Assembly (NCBI RefSeq): GCF_032444005.1
Contig: NC_091286.1
Span: forward strand, 24,242,001-24,306,000
DNA: 64,000 bases
Direction: 5' to 3'
Origin: Ranitomeya imitator
Taxonomy: Eukaryota
Both the position numbers and the translations under genes were made by a program. Below the pieces are notes generated by a model that saw only the letters and a list, made by a program, of their open reading frames with translations, had not been told where the DNA came from and searched no databases. The stretch's first letter is position 1. Every line of letters starts with the position of its first letter. Below are positions 49,732-62,100 of the stretch, one piece after another.

Positions 49732-49800
49732 GCGCGAGTGACGCTGAAGTACAGACACTGCGATGGGACTTTACGTATGAAAGTCACAGATGACGTAGTG
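49732..49800 (+). CDS. SRP9: SRP9 coding exon 2 (ARVTLKYRHCDGTLRMKVTDDVV)
   Basis: Acceptor TTCCTCCACAG|G, donor GTG|GTGAGT, 69 nt, phase 0-0. Matches human [23 protein letters not shown]. Confidence 0.97.
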
Positions 49801-50177
49801 GTGAGTAGACATTACAGGGGATGACCTAAATCCCTGCCCCCGCACACTCTACCAGAGCCGTTTATACACCTCTGCGAATTGTCCTGACTTATAACCTACC
49901 GTTCTGTGTGTGCAGCTCCCCTGCAGACCTATGTGAGTCTATGGATACAGACTACACTTAAATCCACGGTAGTCTGCAGAATGAGGGATGGCTGTGATTT
50001 CTCTTGGTCACAGCAGCTGGAGCCGTGAAGGGATATTCCACAGGCTGAGGAAGAAGAGACTACTGCCACAAAGCTGCTTTCTTTTTGCCATATAATAACA
50101 AACAAGATCAAAAAGGGATTTTCTAATTTGGACAATCTCATTATGTTTGAAATGCTCTGCAATTTTACATTGCACCC

Positions 50178-50350
50178 AAACTGTCATTGTACAGGAGGAG
50201 GTGAGCTGTGATATCACCTATTGTTAATGGTGGATCCTGTGATATATCCTCTAGACAATAGGTGATGTCACAGCTCACCTCCTCCTCCTGTACAATGACT
50301 GATAACACCTCTATATACAGTAGATAACACAGGATCCACCATTCACAGTA
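50178..50350. repeat. ~86-89-bp satellite-like unit in head-to-head arrangement
   Basis: GTCATTGTACAGGAGGAGGTGAGCTGTGATATCACCTATTGT is inverted against ACAATAGGTGATGTCACAGCTCACCTCCTCCTCCTGTACAATGAC. Confidence 0.8.
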
Positions 50351-50353
50351 GAT

Positions 50354-51400
50354 TGTCACCGATCGGGGGTGACCTTTGGCCCGCACACGGCTATCACATG
50401 TGCAGGGGGCTTATCTTGGTTATCCCACCACTGCTACAATGTGATGAAAACACAAACAAGGCTATTGACCGATCAATTTACCGCAGGGGCTTATTTTAGT
50501 TAGCCCACTGCTGCTACAATATATCACGAACTGCAGGGATTTATGTATAGTCCGCTTCAGAACTTGCAGCTCTCCGGCACCCCCCTTACCCTCAGGTCAG
50601 TCAGGGAACTACACCTAGGATAATTAGTCGTTGGACGGGCTGCTTCACTGTGGACTGGCTAGCAGGTACGCTGCAGCGAGAGAATTATAAATGCTCAGGC
50701 CGTAGCCAGACAATAGCTTATAAAACCCCGTTCCGTCGCTGTCAGCTGGACCCACCAAGCCCAGAACACACTTTGCTGCCACCAGCTCGGATTTATCCAC
50801 AGAGAGGTTCGAGCCAACCCAAATTAGTAGCGTAATTCACTTCAGGCACATGAAAATTCGCATAGAACATGGAGAAGACTAATTAGTAGTTTTATAGGTT
50901 ACTCCAAAAAGTAGGCAGTGTTTACAAATGGTCTACTACGATTTTACAATATGAGACAAAGTATGTACAATCAATTACATCAAAACAAAACAGGGATTAA
51001 AGAATATTAAGACTCACATGCTGCTTAGATCATTTCAGGCCAACCATGCTGGTTGGAGGAGCCATATATCCCAATTCATCAGGGGGTCTTGTTGCAGTGA
51101 GGTCCCAGGCAAGAATGAAGGCTGGGTTGAGTGCAGGAACTTAACCCCCTTTGGGCATGTCTCAAGCCCAGCACTATGAGTTACCCCCGCCCTCCCCTTC
51201 TCTCAAAGCTACGTATTTAGCAACACTTCTAATGATCATATCTTGCCTGGAGAGCTTAGCAGAGTAACTGCATACATATCACTCGTCTTATATTGAAATT
51301 GGCTTTCTAATGAATCTAGACTCGGGCTAGCTAGTCCACTCTGTTTAGGAGAAATCCATTTCTCTGGTTCTCTTGGTGCCAGACTCCAGCAAGAGGCCCT
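50354..51400. mobile_element. Probable LTR-like element in SRP9 intron 2
   Basis: Starts abruptly with TGTCACCG where the satellite breaks off. Non-coding, with TATAAA-like motifs. Right end not defined. Confidence 0.4.
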
Positions 51401-51712
51401 GTTGTGAAGCTATATTAAATCACATTCTGAATATGCATTCATCATTTTCTATCATTGATTGGGCCAGAGATATGCCCTTTTTAGTATCTCCCATATCTAC
51501 AAAGGAAAGCACATGTTTCTTTTGGACAAAGCCAGCACTGGGCTAATTAACTTTCCGACGGGAGGGGGAAACGAGCAGAGAGGAGTTTGTTACACAGGAA
51601 TTGTGCCTAGGCAAGCGAAGGCAGTGGGAAGAGTAAGGGGGGATCAGCGCCCACTGTGTGTATTAACAGGGGAAAATGAAAAATCCTACTCCATTTTATA
51701 CATTCACACGAA

Positions 51713-51946
51713 AATGATGTCACAGCTCACCTCCTCCTGTACAATGACTGATAACACCTCTATATACAGTAGATAACACAGGATCCACCATTCACAATAG
51801 ATGAGATCACAGCTCACCTCCTCCTGTACAAAGACTGATAACACCTCTATATACAGTAGATAACACAGGATCCACTATACACAATAGATGAGATCACAGC
51901 TCACCTCCTCCTGTACAAAGACTGATAACACCTCTATATACAGTAG
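51713..51946. repeat. ~86-bp tandem repeat (TCACAGCTCACCTCCTCCTGTACAAAGACTGATAACACCTCTATATACAGTAGATAACACAGGATCCAC...), ~2.7 copies
   Basis: Direct tandem copies of the same family as 50178-50350. Confidence 0.85.
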
Positions 51947-52190
51947 TCAGTCATTGTACATAGAGGAAGTAGAGCAACACTTGTTTGCAGTGACAGACTG
52001 TGATGTAATGGTGCTCGCAGATCTGCATAGGAAACTTAATAAATATATACAATTTTTGTGAATTTGTTCTAGAGCCAATTTGAAAAGCGAATTGGCTGCA
52101 AAAAATGTCCGCGCCCTTTAACTGTTTTTTCCTCTTTCTGTTTGGTTGTGGGCCCGGCTCTGCTCCCATATTCTTTTTCCTCTTCTCCAG

Positions 52191-52310
52191 TGTTTGCTGT
52201 ACAGCACGGATCAGGCGCAGGACGTGAAGAAGATCGAGAAGTTCCACAGTCAGCTGATGCGACTAATGGTGGCGAGGGAATCCCGCAGCTCCGCCATGGA
52301 AACTAACTGA
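52191..52310 (+). CDS. SRP9: SRP9 coding exon 3 ([39 protein letters not shown])
   Basis: Acceptor TTCTTTTTCCTCTTCTCCAG|T. Contains the near-invariant [21 protein letters not shown]. The join 45457-45528 + 49732-49800 + 52191-52310 gives 86 aa, the same length as human SRP9. Confidence 0.97.
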   Translation, partial: CLLYSTDQAQDVKKIEKFHSQLMRLMVARESRSSAMETN

Positions 52311-52651
52311 CTGTCCGACCCGGAAGACGTGAAAAGAGAATCGGTTATCAGAATTTTTTTTTTTTTTTTTTTTCCACACTAGAAAAGAGAAAGTGAGTGA
52401 GGGAAAGTATGATGAAAAACTTCTTACTAAAAGAAGAAATCCTCCTGTGCTGGTCGAAGGTCGGGACGTTCTTTGCTGCTTCCGAGTAAAAGCTTCTATT
52501 TATTTTTGGAAATGGATCAGAATGTGGACACTTGTCCCGTGGACGCCCGACCCCTGAATGAGAGGAAAATTAAATCAACATTTATAAATTTTTTTTTTTT
52601 TTTTTTCTCCCAGATGTTGGCTGAAAAGTTTGGAATATTTCTATCATTTTC

Positions 52652-52657
52652 AATAAA
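52652..52657 (+). terminator. Probable SRP9 polyadenylation signal (AATAAA)
   Basis: AATAAA about 340 nt after the stop, followed by TGT/T-rich sequence. Use is inferred. Confidence 0.6.
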
Positions 52658-55175
52658 TGTTTAATATTCAGTTAATCTTGTGTATTGGCAATGAAAGGGA
52701 GTTGTCTCAGGTTAACTTTGACCTTGGGGACCATGGATGCGGGGGGTAGAAGTACCCTGTAGTATGGGCACAAGGAGATCTGTGTCGGTAGCCATATGCA
52801 TTGGTACAATGTCAGCCAAACCTGACTTTTTCATGGGAACTGACCCCATCTTATTTATCTTTGGGGGGAGGGGTCCGGATTCTCTTCCAGCTGCAATGTA
52901 AGATGTGTAAGCTGCACCACTGCAAAACCTAAAAATCCAATTTGGGGAGGGGGGGATGTGGTTGAAACTGTTAATGAAGCCCGTCCTTCCCCCTGTCAGG
53001 CATCTGCCCCATTATACTCCGCAGTGGAGCGCCATTGATGTCATTGGAAGCACAATAAACACTAGAAGTTGGCGCCCCCTAGTGGTGGCTGCAGGCACCA
53101 TATCAGTGGGATTGCTCATCAGGGACACTGAGTGGGCGCACGCGCTGAATGTTTTGGTCTTTCATCATCCAATCGATTGTGAGTTGTAGATATCAGTTTG
53201 CAGATGAGGCCCCAGGGTTGTGTGGTATCATTTCACTTTTTTTTTTTTTTTTTTTCAAATGCAAAAACCCTTTTTTTTTCTCTCTTGAGATATGCGCAGC
53301 GTCTCCTATACACTTTATCTCACGCACGGTGTTTAGTAGACAATAGGCTGCGTGTAACTAAACACTTTAATAGGCTGCTGTGTAATTATAGTGTATCGCA
53401 TGGCTGCTCAGTATCGTGGTACCACGGCTCCACAATGCCAGGCTGGGGCGGGCGAGGGCCGGAGCTCTGCCTACGAATGTCTATCATCCCTTATTAGAGG
53501 TTAGTGCAGCAACACTGACCCCTGTGTCTGAGAAGAAGTACTACACCACAAGGAAAAATAGTTGTTTGTTTTGTTTTTTAATCTGTACCATGACATATCT
53601 GTTCTGTTTATTATATGTAGATAAGACTTTTCTTTTTCCAATGTGGAACCTTTTATCCTTAGGAAAGGTCCTGGTCCCGTACATTACATAGACAGTGCCA
53701 TTGTTTACGGATGATCCATGTTATAGTTTCACCACCCAGACTCCTCCTCGGAGTCTACAAACACATCTATACACATGAATGCGTTCCCGTCGTGTTGGAT
53801 CCGTGGGAAGAGAGGCTTCTCGCCCCCGAATGCTGTGGCTGGTTCTATTCGCCGGCTGCCAGATACCAATCACCTCTCTGGAATTCGCTGGTGTCGTTCT
53901 CACCTGCACATTTCCCCACACAACAATCCTTTTTGCAGTGATGGCCGTGTGCGTGATCCGCCGCCGTGTCCTCCGCCGAGCCGCTATAATCCGGCCCCGT
54001 GTAACTGAGACGCGGCTGCTCTTCTATATTCTGCGCCGCTCACCTGGATCTAGGGGGTAAGTGACACCTCCTGGGGCAGCGATGGGAGCCAAAATCTGAT
54101 CCGGGCGAAGGATTAAGCTTCTAGCAAAAGATTTCTGAAATGAGCGGCGGTAACTTCCTGCAGAGAATGGAATCCCAGGACGGACATCCTCCAAGATCCA
54201 GAACGGTTTATATTTCCCCATCTACGTGGGGACGTATGAGGCTCGTTATTTGCAGGACGCCATTCACTTTACTATATAATGTACTGAGACACGGGGAGAA
54301 AAAATTAAAAATGGTGAAAAACAAAAAAACCTGCTATTCCGCCATTGGTTTTTTGGCTTTGTTCTTACAAGATTCATTAAACAGTCAAGATCACCTGGAA
54401 ATCTGATTTGTCATGACTATAATTATGGCGATATTAAGCTTGGTTTTCTGAGATCCGAAAATCTTTTTTTCTGACTAAAGATTTTTTTTTTTCAGTTACC
54501 AGCTGTAGTTTTTACTGATGGTTTTTTTAGGGCTAAATATTGTTTTGATTTTTTTTTTTTTTAAATGTAATTTTGTTATGGGAGGGGAAGCAACTAAAAT
54601 GCCTCTTTTTTTTTTTTTATTTTTATGGGGAGATATATACATTATATAGGTTTTATAATATAAACAATACACTGCAGTATAGGTGTCATACTCACTTGCG
54701 CGAAGCTCGGATGGGTCTCGCATGTTAATACCCGGCACTCACATCGGAGCGTGCGGCCGTATAGGAATACATGGCAGCCGCTTATAAATCTGTCCCTACT
54801 TCTTTGTAAGTTGTGGAGGAAAGGAGAGGGGGTAACACACCTGCAATTTTTTTTTTTTCTTTTTGTAGTCTAACCATGGAGATCCATGGGTCTGCAGAGG
54901 TGCTGTATACTCGGTAGGGAACACTACAAGTCCCTGTAATGAAACACTTGTCTTATAAGATATCAGGCTGCGCGTGTGACGGGAGTGAGTGTGGAATAAC
55001 GAGCGTGTGGATCGGTGACACCGGGAGCTGCAGACTGACGAGAACACGTGACTGGAGAAATGGCGGCTGAGCGCGGTGCACTGCCAACCAAAATAAGGCC
55101 TGAAGCCAAAGGAAATGTTTGTGCACCCCGCCCCCGACATGGCCTCTGTACTAATGAGACTTCACCTGTCAGTAT

Positions 55176-57556
55176 AGTGTGACACTGCTGAGCCGTGTAT
55201 CTAATCCCATCATGAGACACTGCTGAGCCGTGTATCTGATCCCATCATGTGACACTGCTGAGCCGTGTATCTAATCCCATCATGAGACACTGCTGAGCCG
55301 TGTATCTAATCCCATCATGTGACTGCTGAGCCGTGTATCTGATCCCATCATGTGACTGCTGAGCTGTGTATCTAATCCCATCATGTGACTCTGCTGAGCC
55401 GCGTATCTAATCCCATCATGTGACACTGCTGAGCCGTGTATCTAATCCCATCATGAGACACTGCTGAGCCGTGTATCTCATCCCATCATGTGACTGCTGA
55501 GCTGTGTATCTCATCCCATCATGTGACACTGCTGAGCTGTGTATCTAATCCCATCATGAGACACTGCTGAGCCGTGTATCTAATCCCATCATGAGACACT
55601 GCTGAGCCGTGTATCTCATCCCATCATGTGACTGCTGAGCTGTGTATCTAATCCCATCATGTGACTGCTGAGCCGCGTATCTAATCCCATCATGTGACAC
55701 TGCTGAGCTGTGTATCTAATCCCATCATGTGACTGCTGAGCTGTGTATCTAATCCCATCATGTGACACTGCTGAGCCGTGTATCTAATCCCATCATGTGA
55801 CTGCTGAGCCGTGTATCTGATCCCATCATGTGACTGCTGAGCCGCGTATCTAATCCCATCATGTGACACTGCTGAGCTGTGTATCTAATCCCATCATGTG
55901 ACTGCTGAGCCGTGTATCTAATCCCATCATGTGACACTGCTGAGCCGTGTATCTCATCCCATCATGTGACACTGCTGAGCTGTGTATCTAATCCCATCAT
56001 GTGACTGCTGAGCCGTGTATCTGATCCCATCATGTGACTGCTGAGCTGTGTATCTAATCCCATCATGTGACTCTGCTGAGCCGCGTATCTAATCCCATCA
56101 TGTGACACTGCTGAGCCGCGTATCTAATCCCATCATGTGACTCTGCTGAGCCGTGTATCTGATCCCATCATGTGACACTGCTGAGCCGTGTATCTAATCC
56201 CATCATGTGACACTGCTGAGCCGTGTATCTAATCCCATCATGTGACTCTGCTGAGCCGTGTATCTAATCCCATCATGTGACACTGCTGAGCCGTGTATCT
56301 AATCCCATCATGTGACACTGCTGAGCCGTGTATCTAATCCCATCATGTGACACTGCTGAGCCGTGTATCTAATCCCATCATGTGACTCTGCTGAGCCGTG
56401 TATCTAATCCCATCATGTGACTCTGCTGAGCCGTGTATCTAATCCCATCATGTGACACTGCTGAGCCGTGTATCTAATCCCATCATGTGACACTGCTGAG
56501 CCGTGTATCTAATCCCATCATGTGACACTGCTGAGCCGTGTATCTAATCCCATCATGTGACTCTGCTGAGCCGTGTATCTAATCCCATCATGTGACACTG
56601 CTGAGCCGTGTATCTAATCCCATCATGTGACACTGCTGAGCCGTGTATCTAATACCATCATGTGACACTGCTGAGCCGTGTATCTAATCCCATCATGTGA
56701 CTCTGCTGAGCCGTGTATCTAATCCCATCATGTGACTCTGCTGAGCCGTGTATCTGATCCCATCATGTGACTCTGCTGAGCCGTGTATCTGATCCCATCA
56801 TGTGACTCTGCTGAGCCGTGTATCTGATCCCATCATGTGACTCTGCTGAGCCGTGTATCTAATCCCATCATGTGACACTACTGAGCCGTGTATCTCATCC
56901 CATCATGTGACACTGCTGAGCAGTGTATCTATCCCATCATGTGACACTGCTGAGCCGTGTATCTGATCCCATCATGTGACACTGCTGAGCCGTGTATCTC
57001 ATCCCATCATGTGACACTGCTGAGCCGTGTATCTGATCCCATCATGTGACACTGCTGAGCCGTGTATCTGATCCCATCATGTGACACTGCTGAGCCGTGT
57101 ATCTCATCCCATCATGTGACACTGCTGAGCCGTGTATCTGATCCCATCATGTGACACTGCTGAGCCGTGTATCTGATCCCATCATGTGACACTGCTGAGC
57201 CGTGTATCTCATCCCATCATGTGACACTGCTGAGCCGTGTATCTGATCCCATCATGTGACACTGCTGAGCCGTGTATCTGATCCCATCATGTGACACTGC
57301 TGAGCCGTGTATCTGATCCCATCATGTGACACTGCTGAGCCGTGTATCTGATCCCATCATGTGACACTGCTGAGCCGTGTATCTGATCCCATCATGTGAC
57401 ACTGCTGAGCCGTGTATCTGATCCCATCATGTGACACTGCTGAGCTGTGTATCTAATCCCATCATGTGACACTGCTGAGCTGTGTATCTAATCCCATCAT
57501 GTGACACTGTTGAGCCGTGTATCTAATCCCATCATGTGACTCTGCTGAGCTGTGTA
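55176..57556. repeat. 33-35-bp satellite (CTGCTGAGCCGTGTATCTAATCCCATCATGTGACA)
   Basis: About 68 highly homogeneous copies. Confidence 0.97.
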
Positions 57557-58880
57557 CAAGTGCTCACAGAATTAGAATATCATCAGTCATTACAAACACT
57601 GATCTATTTCACGTGTTGATTTCTGTTAATGTTGATTATGGCTTACAGCCAATGAAAACCCAAAAGTTGTTATCTCAGTAAATTAGAATACTTTATAACA
57701 CCAGCTTGAAAAATGATTGTAAAATCCGAAATGTTGGCCTACTGAAATGTATGTTCAGTAAATGCACTCAATACTTGGTCGGGGCTCCTTTTGCATCAAT
57801 TACTACATCAATGCGGCGTGGCATGGAGGCGATCAGCCTGTGGCGATGCTGAGGGGTTATGGAAGCCCAGGTTGCTTTGATAGCAGCCCTCAGCTCGCCT
57901 GCATTGTTGGATCCGGTGTCTCATCTTCCTCTTGACAATACTCCATAGATTCTCTATGGGGTTAAAGGGACACTGTCACCTGAATTTGGAGGGAACAATC
58001 TTCAGCCATGGAGGCGGGGTTTTGGGGTTTTTGATTCACCCTTTCCTTACCCTCTGGCTGCATGCTGGCTGCAATATTGGATTGAAGTTAATTCTCTGTC
58101 CTCCGTAGTACATGCCTGCACAAGACAATCTTGCCTTGCCCAGGCGTGTACTATGAAGGACAGAAAATGAACTTCAATCCTATATTGCAGCCAGCGGGTA
58201 AGGAAAGGGTGAATCAAAAACCCCAAAACCCCGCCTCCATGGCTGAAGATTGTTCCCTCCAAATTCAGGTGACAGTGTCCCTTTAAGGTCAGACGAGTTT
58301 GCTGCCAATCAAGCCCAGTGATACTGTTGTTTTTACACCAGGTGTTGGTACTTTTGGCAGTGTGGACAGGGGCCAAGTCCTGCTGGAGAATGATATTTCC
58401 ATCTCCAAAAATCTTGTCGGCAGAGGGAAGCATGAAGTGCTCTAAAATGTCCTGGTAGACGGCTGCGCTGACTTTGGTCTTGTTAACACAGTGGACCTAC
58501 ACCAGCAGATGACATGGCCCCCAAACCATCACTGATTGTGGACACTTCACACCAGACCTCCAGCAGCTTGGATTGTGGCCTCTCTCAAAAGGAAGATGAG
58601 ACACCAGACCCCACAATGCAGACGAGCTGAAGGCTGCGATCAAAGCAACCTGGGCTTCCATAACCCCTCAGCAGCGCCACAGGCTGATCGCCTCCATGCC
58701 ACGCAGCATTGATACAAAACGAGCCCCGGCCAAGTACTGAGTGCATGTACTGCACATACATTTCAGAAGGACAATATTCCGGATTTTACAATCATTGTTC
58801 AGGCTGGTGTTATAAAGTATTCTAATTTACTGAGATAATGACTTTTTGGGTTTTCATTGGCTGTAAGCCATAATCATCAC
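57557..58880 (-). mobile_element. Old internally deleted Tc1/mariner derivative with long inverted arms
   Basis: Starts TA|CAAGTGCTCACAGAATTAGAATATCATC. The minus strand encodes a decayed DDE C-terminus (MLPSADKIFGDGNIILQQDLAPVHTAKSTNTW...DL[insert]NPIENLWSIVKRKMR). About 57630-57925 and 58590-58880 are diverged inverted copies. Confidence 0.8.
57966..58282. mobile_element. T2/Kolobok-type MITE (317 bp) inserted in the Tc1 remnant
   Basis: Near-perfect long TIRs AGGGACACTGTCACCTGAATTTGGAGGGAACAATCTTCAGCCATGGAGGCGGGG... TTAA TSD at 57962-57965 and 58283-58286. Confidence 0.9.
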
Positions 58881-58886
58881 TATTAA

Positions 58887-59200
58887 GGCTTCTTTTACAC
58901 TTGCCCGTTTTTTGTGGTCCCAATAGATTTCCACCGGGCCGTCAAAATTCATCGCAGTTCCGTACGCCGTATTTACGGCCGTGAAGGAATATGGCGCTTG
59001 CTCGATATCTCTCACGGCTTACGGACACGGCCCCCATTGAAACACAACGGAAGCTTGTTATTGCGGTGCACCGTGAAGACCGTATTTGCGGAACGCCGGT
59101 TTTTCCCCCCTACTATTCTAAACCAGCGATATTTCTGAGGCCCGTTTTTTGCGTCAGACCGTGAAAATGAAGGTGATCCGGCCTGCAAATAACACGGCAA
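58887..59200. mobile_element. Truncated Harbinger-type MITE
   Basis: TAA|GGCTTCTTTTACACTTG left end, interior rich in ACGG/CCGT motifs. No matching right TIR seen. Confidence 0.5.
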
Positions 59201-59299
59201 ATGTAACATGTTTCTGAGCTGTGTACATAGTCCCATCATGTGATCTTCGTCTTGCTGGGACTTGTGGTGGCTGTAGTGTAGGGGAGCTCTGTCTCCGCC

Positions 59300-59534
59300 T
59301 CCTGCTCTCTGCTGTGTGTGTCACCTTTGTACACAGCTGTGCGCGTGCGTGCGACCCTTCCTGGACTACATGTCCCGGCATGCCCCGCGCCTGCCTGCTG
59401 CTGCTGCCCGCGCGCTGTCTGCTGGATGCAGCAGATCCAGGGGAGTGATCTGATCTGCGGACGCTGCAGGAGAGCGATCCGTCCGGAGTGACCGCCTGCA
59501 GCCCGCACCGACTGCCTGCAGCCTGCACTCACAG
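59300..59534 (+). promoter_or_regulatory. Probable CpG-island promoter and non-coding first exon of the next gene
   Basis: CpG-rich about 59300-59700. NRF1-like GCGCGTGCGTGCG at 59341-59353, ZNF143/SBS-like ACTACATGTCCCGGCATGC at 59365-59383, donor CAG|GTGACT at 59534/59535. Gene identity cannot be read here; EPHX1 follows SRP9 in human, so that is a synteny guess only. Confidence 0.5.
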
Positions 59535-60108
59535 GTGACTATACGCCCGTCCCCCGCGTGGCATGCACCTGTATGTCTGAGCGACCGCATTGTGCCTGCA
59601 CCGTGATCGGGCGCAGCTGCTGCAACAGTGCGGGAGAGGAGCCGACATGTCCGGGCATCGTCTAAGGGGGAATCTCCAAACTCCAGATATCGGCCGATAA
59701 ATATCTGCCGGCCGAGTTATGGCCTGTGCAGTACAGACGTCACCACATGCACCGTCTACACATATACTATATACTGCTGTCGTCTCTAGACATTTCTGCT
59801 GTAAATTCAGTGTCTATACCTCACCCTCTTTTCCCATCGGAGGGGTGAAATGTTGCAAAAAAAATTGCATTTATCCAATTTTTTTTTTTTTTTTATAACA
59901 AAACGTGTGAAGCCGTCAGCAAATCCTGCTCAATAATTGGTAATTTCCCTAGAAAGATCGGCGTATAATCGGCCGATCGCAGGATGAGAAGCTGGGAGTA
60001 AGTGCTCTCCCCCCCACAGCGCCACCGCTGGTGAAGCGCAGTAGTGTGCGCTACCTGTATGGGCTGAGTCCTCCAGAGCGAGGGCGCTCAGGGGGAGCTA
60101 AGTGCACA

Positions 60109-62100
60109 GTAACATAGTAACATAGTTAGTAAGGCCGAAAAAAGACATTTGTCCATCCAGTTCAGCCTATATTCCATCATAATAAATCCCCAGATCTACG
60201 TCCTTCTACAGAACCTAATAATTGTATGATACAATATTGTTCTGCTCCAGGAAGACATCCAGGCCTCTCTTGAACCCCTCGACTGAGTTCGCCATCACCA
60301 CCTCCTCAGGCAAGCAATTCCAGATTCTCACTGCCCTAACAGTAAAGAATCCTCTTCTATGTTGGTGGAAAAACCTTCTCTCCTCCAGACGCAAAGAATG
60401 CCCCCTTGTGCCCGTCACCTTCCTTGGTATAAACAGATCCTCAGCGAGATATTTGTATTGTCCCCTTATATACTTATACATGGTTATTAGATCGCCCCTC
60501 AGTCGTCTTTTTTCTAGACTAAATAATCCTAATTTCGCTAATCTATCTGGGTATTGTAGTTCTCCCATCCCCTTTATTAATTTTGTTGCCCTCCTTTGTA
60601 CTCTCTCTAGTTCCATTATATCCTTCCTGAGCACCGGTGCCCAAAACTGGACACAGTACTCCATGTGCGGTCTAACTAGGGATTTGTACAGAGGCAGTAT
60701 AATGCTCTCATTATGTGTATCCAGACCTCTTTTAATGCACCCCATGATCCTGTTTGCCTTGGCAGCTGCTGCCTGGCACTGGCTGCTCCAGGTAAGTTTA
60801 TCATTAACTAGGATCCCCAAGTCCTTCTCCCTGTCAGATTTACCCAGTGGTTTCCCGTTCAGTGTGTAATGGTGACATTGATTCCTTCTTCCCATGTGTA
60901 TAACCTTACATTTATCATTGTTTAACCTCATCTGCCACCTTTCAGCCCAAGTTTCCAACTTATCCAGATCCATCTGTAGCAGAATACTATCTTCTCTTGT
61001 ATTAACTGCTTTACATAGTTTTGTATCATCTGCAAATATCGATATTTTACTGTGTAAACCTTCTACCAGATCATTAATGAATATGTTGAAGAGAACAGGT
61101 CCCAATACTGACCCCTGCGGTCCCCACTGGTCACAGCGACCCAGTTAGAGACTATACCATTTATAACCACCCTCTGCTTTCTATCACTAAGCCAGTTACT
61201 AACCCATTTACACACATTTTCCCCCAGACCAAGCATTCTCATTTTGTGTACCAACCTCTTGTGCGGCACGGTATCAAACGCTTTGGAAAAATCGAGATAT
61301 ACCACGTCCAATGACTCACCGTGGTCCAGCCTATAGCTTACCTCTTCATAAAAACTGATTAGATTGGTTTGACAGGAGCGATTTCTCATAAACCCATGCT
61401 GATATGGAGTTAAACAGTTATTCTCATTGAGATAATCCAGAATAACATCCCTCAGAAACCCTTCAAATATTTTACCAACAATAGAGGTTAGACTTACTGG
61501 CCTATAATTTCCAGGTTCACTTTTAGAGCCCTTTTTGAATATTGGCACCACATTTGCTATGCGCCAATCCTGCGGAACAGACCCCGTCGCTATAGAGTCA
61601 CTAAAAATAAGAAATAATGGTTTATCTATAACATTACTTAGTTCTCTTAGTACTCGTGGGTGTATGCCATCCGGACCCGGAGATCTATCTATTTTAATCT
61701 TATTTAGCCGGTTTCCGCACCTCTTCTTGGGTTAGATTGGTGACCCTTAATATAGGGTTTTCATTGTTTCTTGGGATTTCACCTAGCATTTCATTTTCCA
61801 CCGTGAATACCGTGGAGAAGAAGGTGTTTAATATGTTAGCTTTTTCCTCGTCATCTACAACCATTCTTTCCTCACTATTTTTTAAGGGGCCTACATTTTC
61901 AGTTTTTATTCTTTTACTATTGATATAGTTGAAGAACAGTTTGGGATTAGTTTTACTCTCCTTAGCAATGTGCTTCTCTGTTTCCTTTTTGGCAGCTTTA
62001 ATTAGTTTTTTAGATAAAGTATTTTTCTCCCTATAGTTTTTTAGAGCTTCAATGGTGCCATCCTGCTTTAGTAGTGCAAATGCTTTCTTTTTACTGTTAA
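60109..62100 (-). mobile_element. CR1 LINE, 5'-truncated, ORF2 with two 1-nt frameshifts
   Basis: Minus-strand ORF segments 61700-62146, 61063-61551 and 60215-61105 (PIFKKG..PGNYRPVSLTS, QHGF, YLDFSKAFD, FADD). Tail (TTACTATG)n at 60109-60130. Frameshifts near 61120 and 61715. Confidence 0.95.

Noticed and set aside
574-57556. Possible CRISPR arrays
   Set aside because: All arrays are head-to-tail tandem units without unique spacers, there are no cas genes, and the context is a vertebrate genome.
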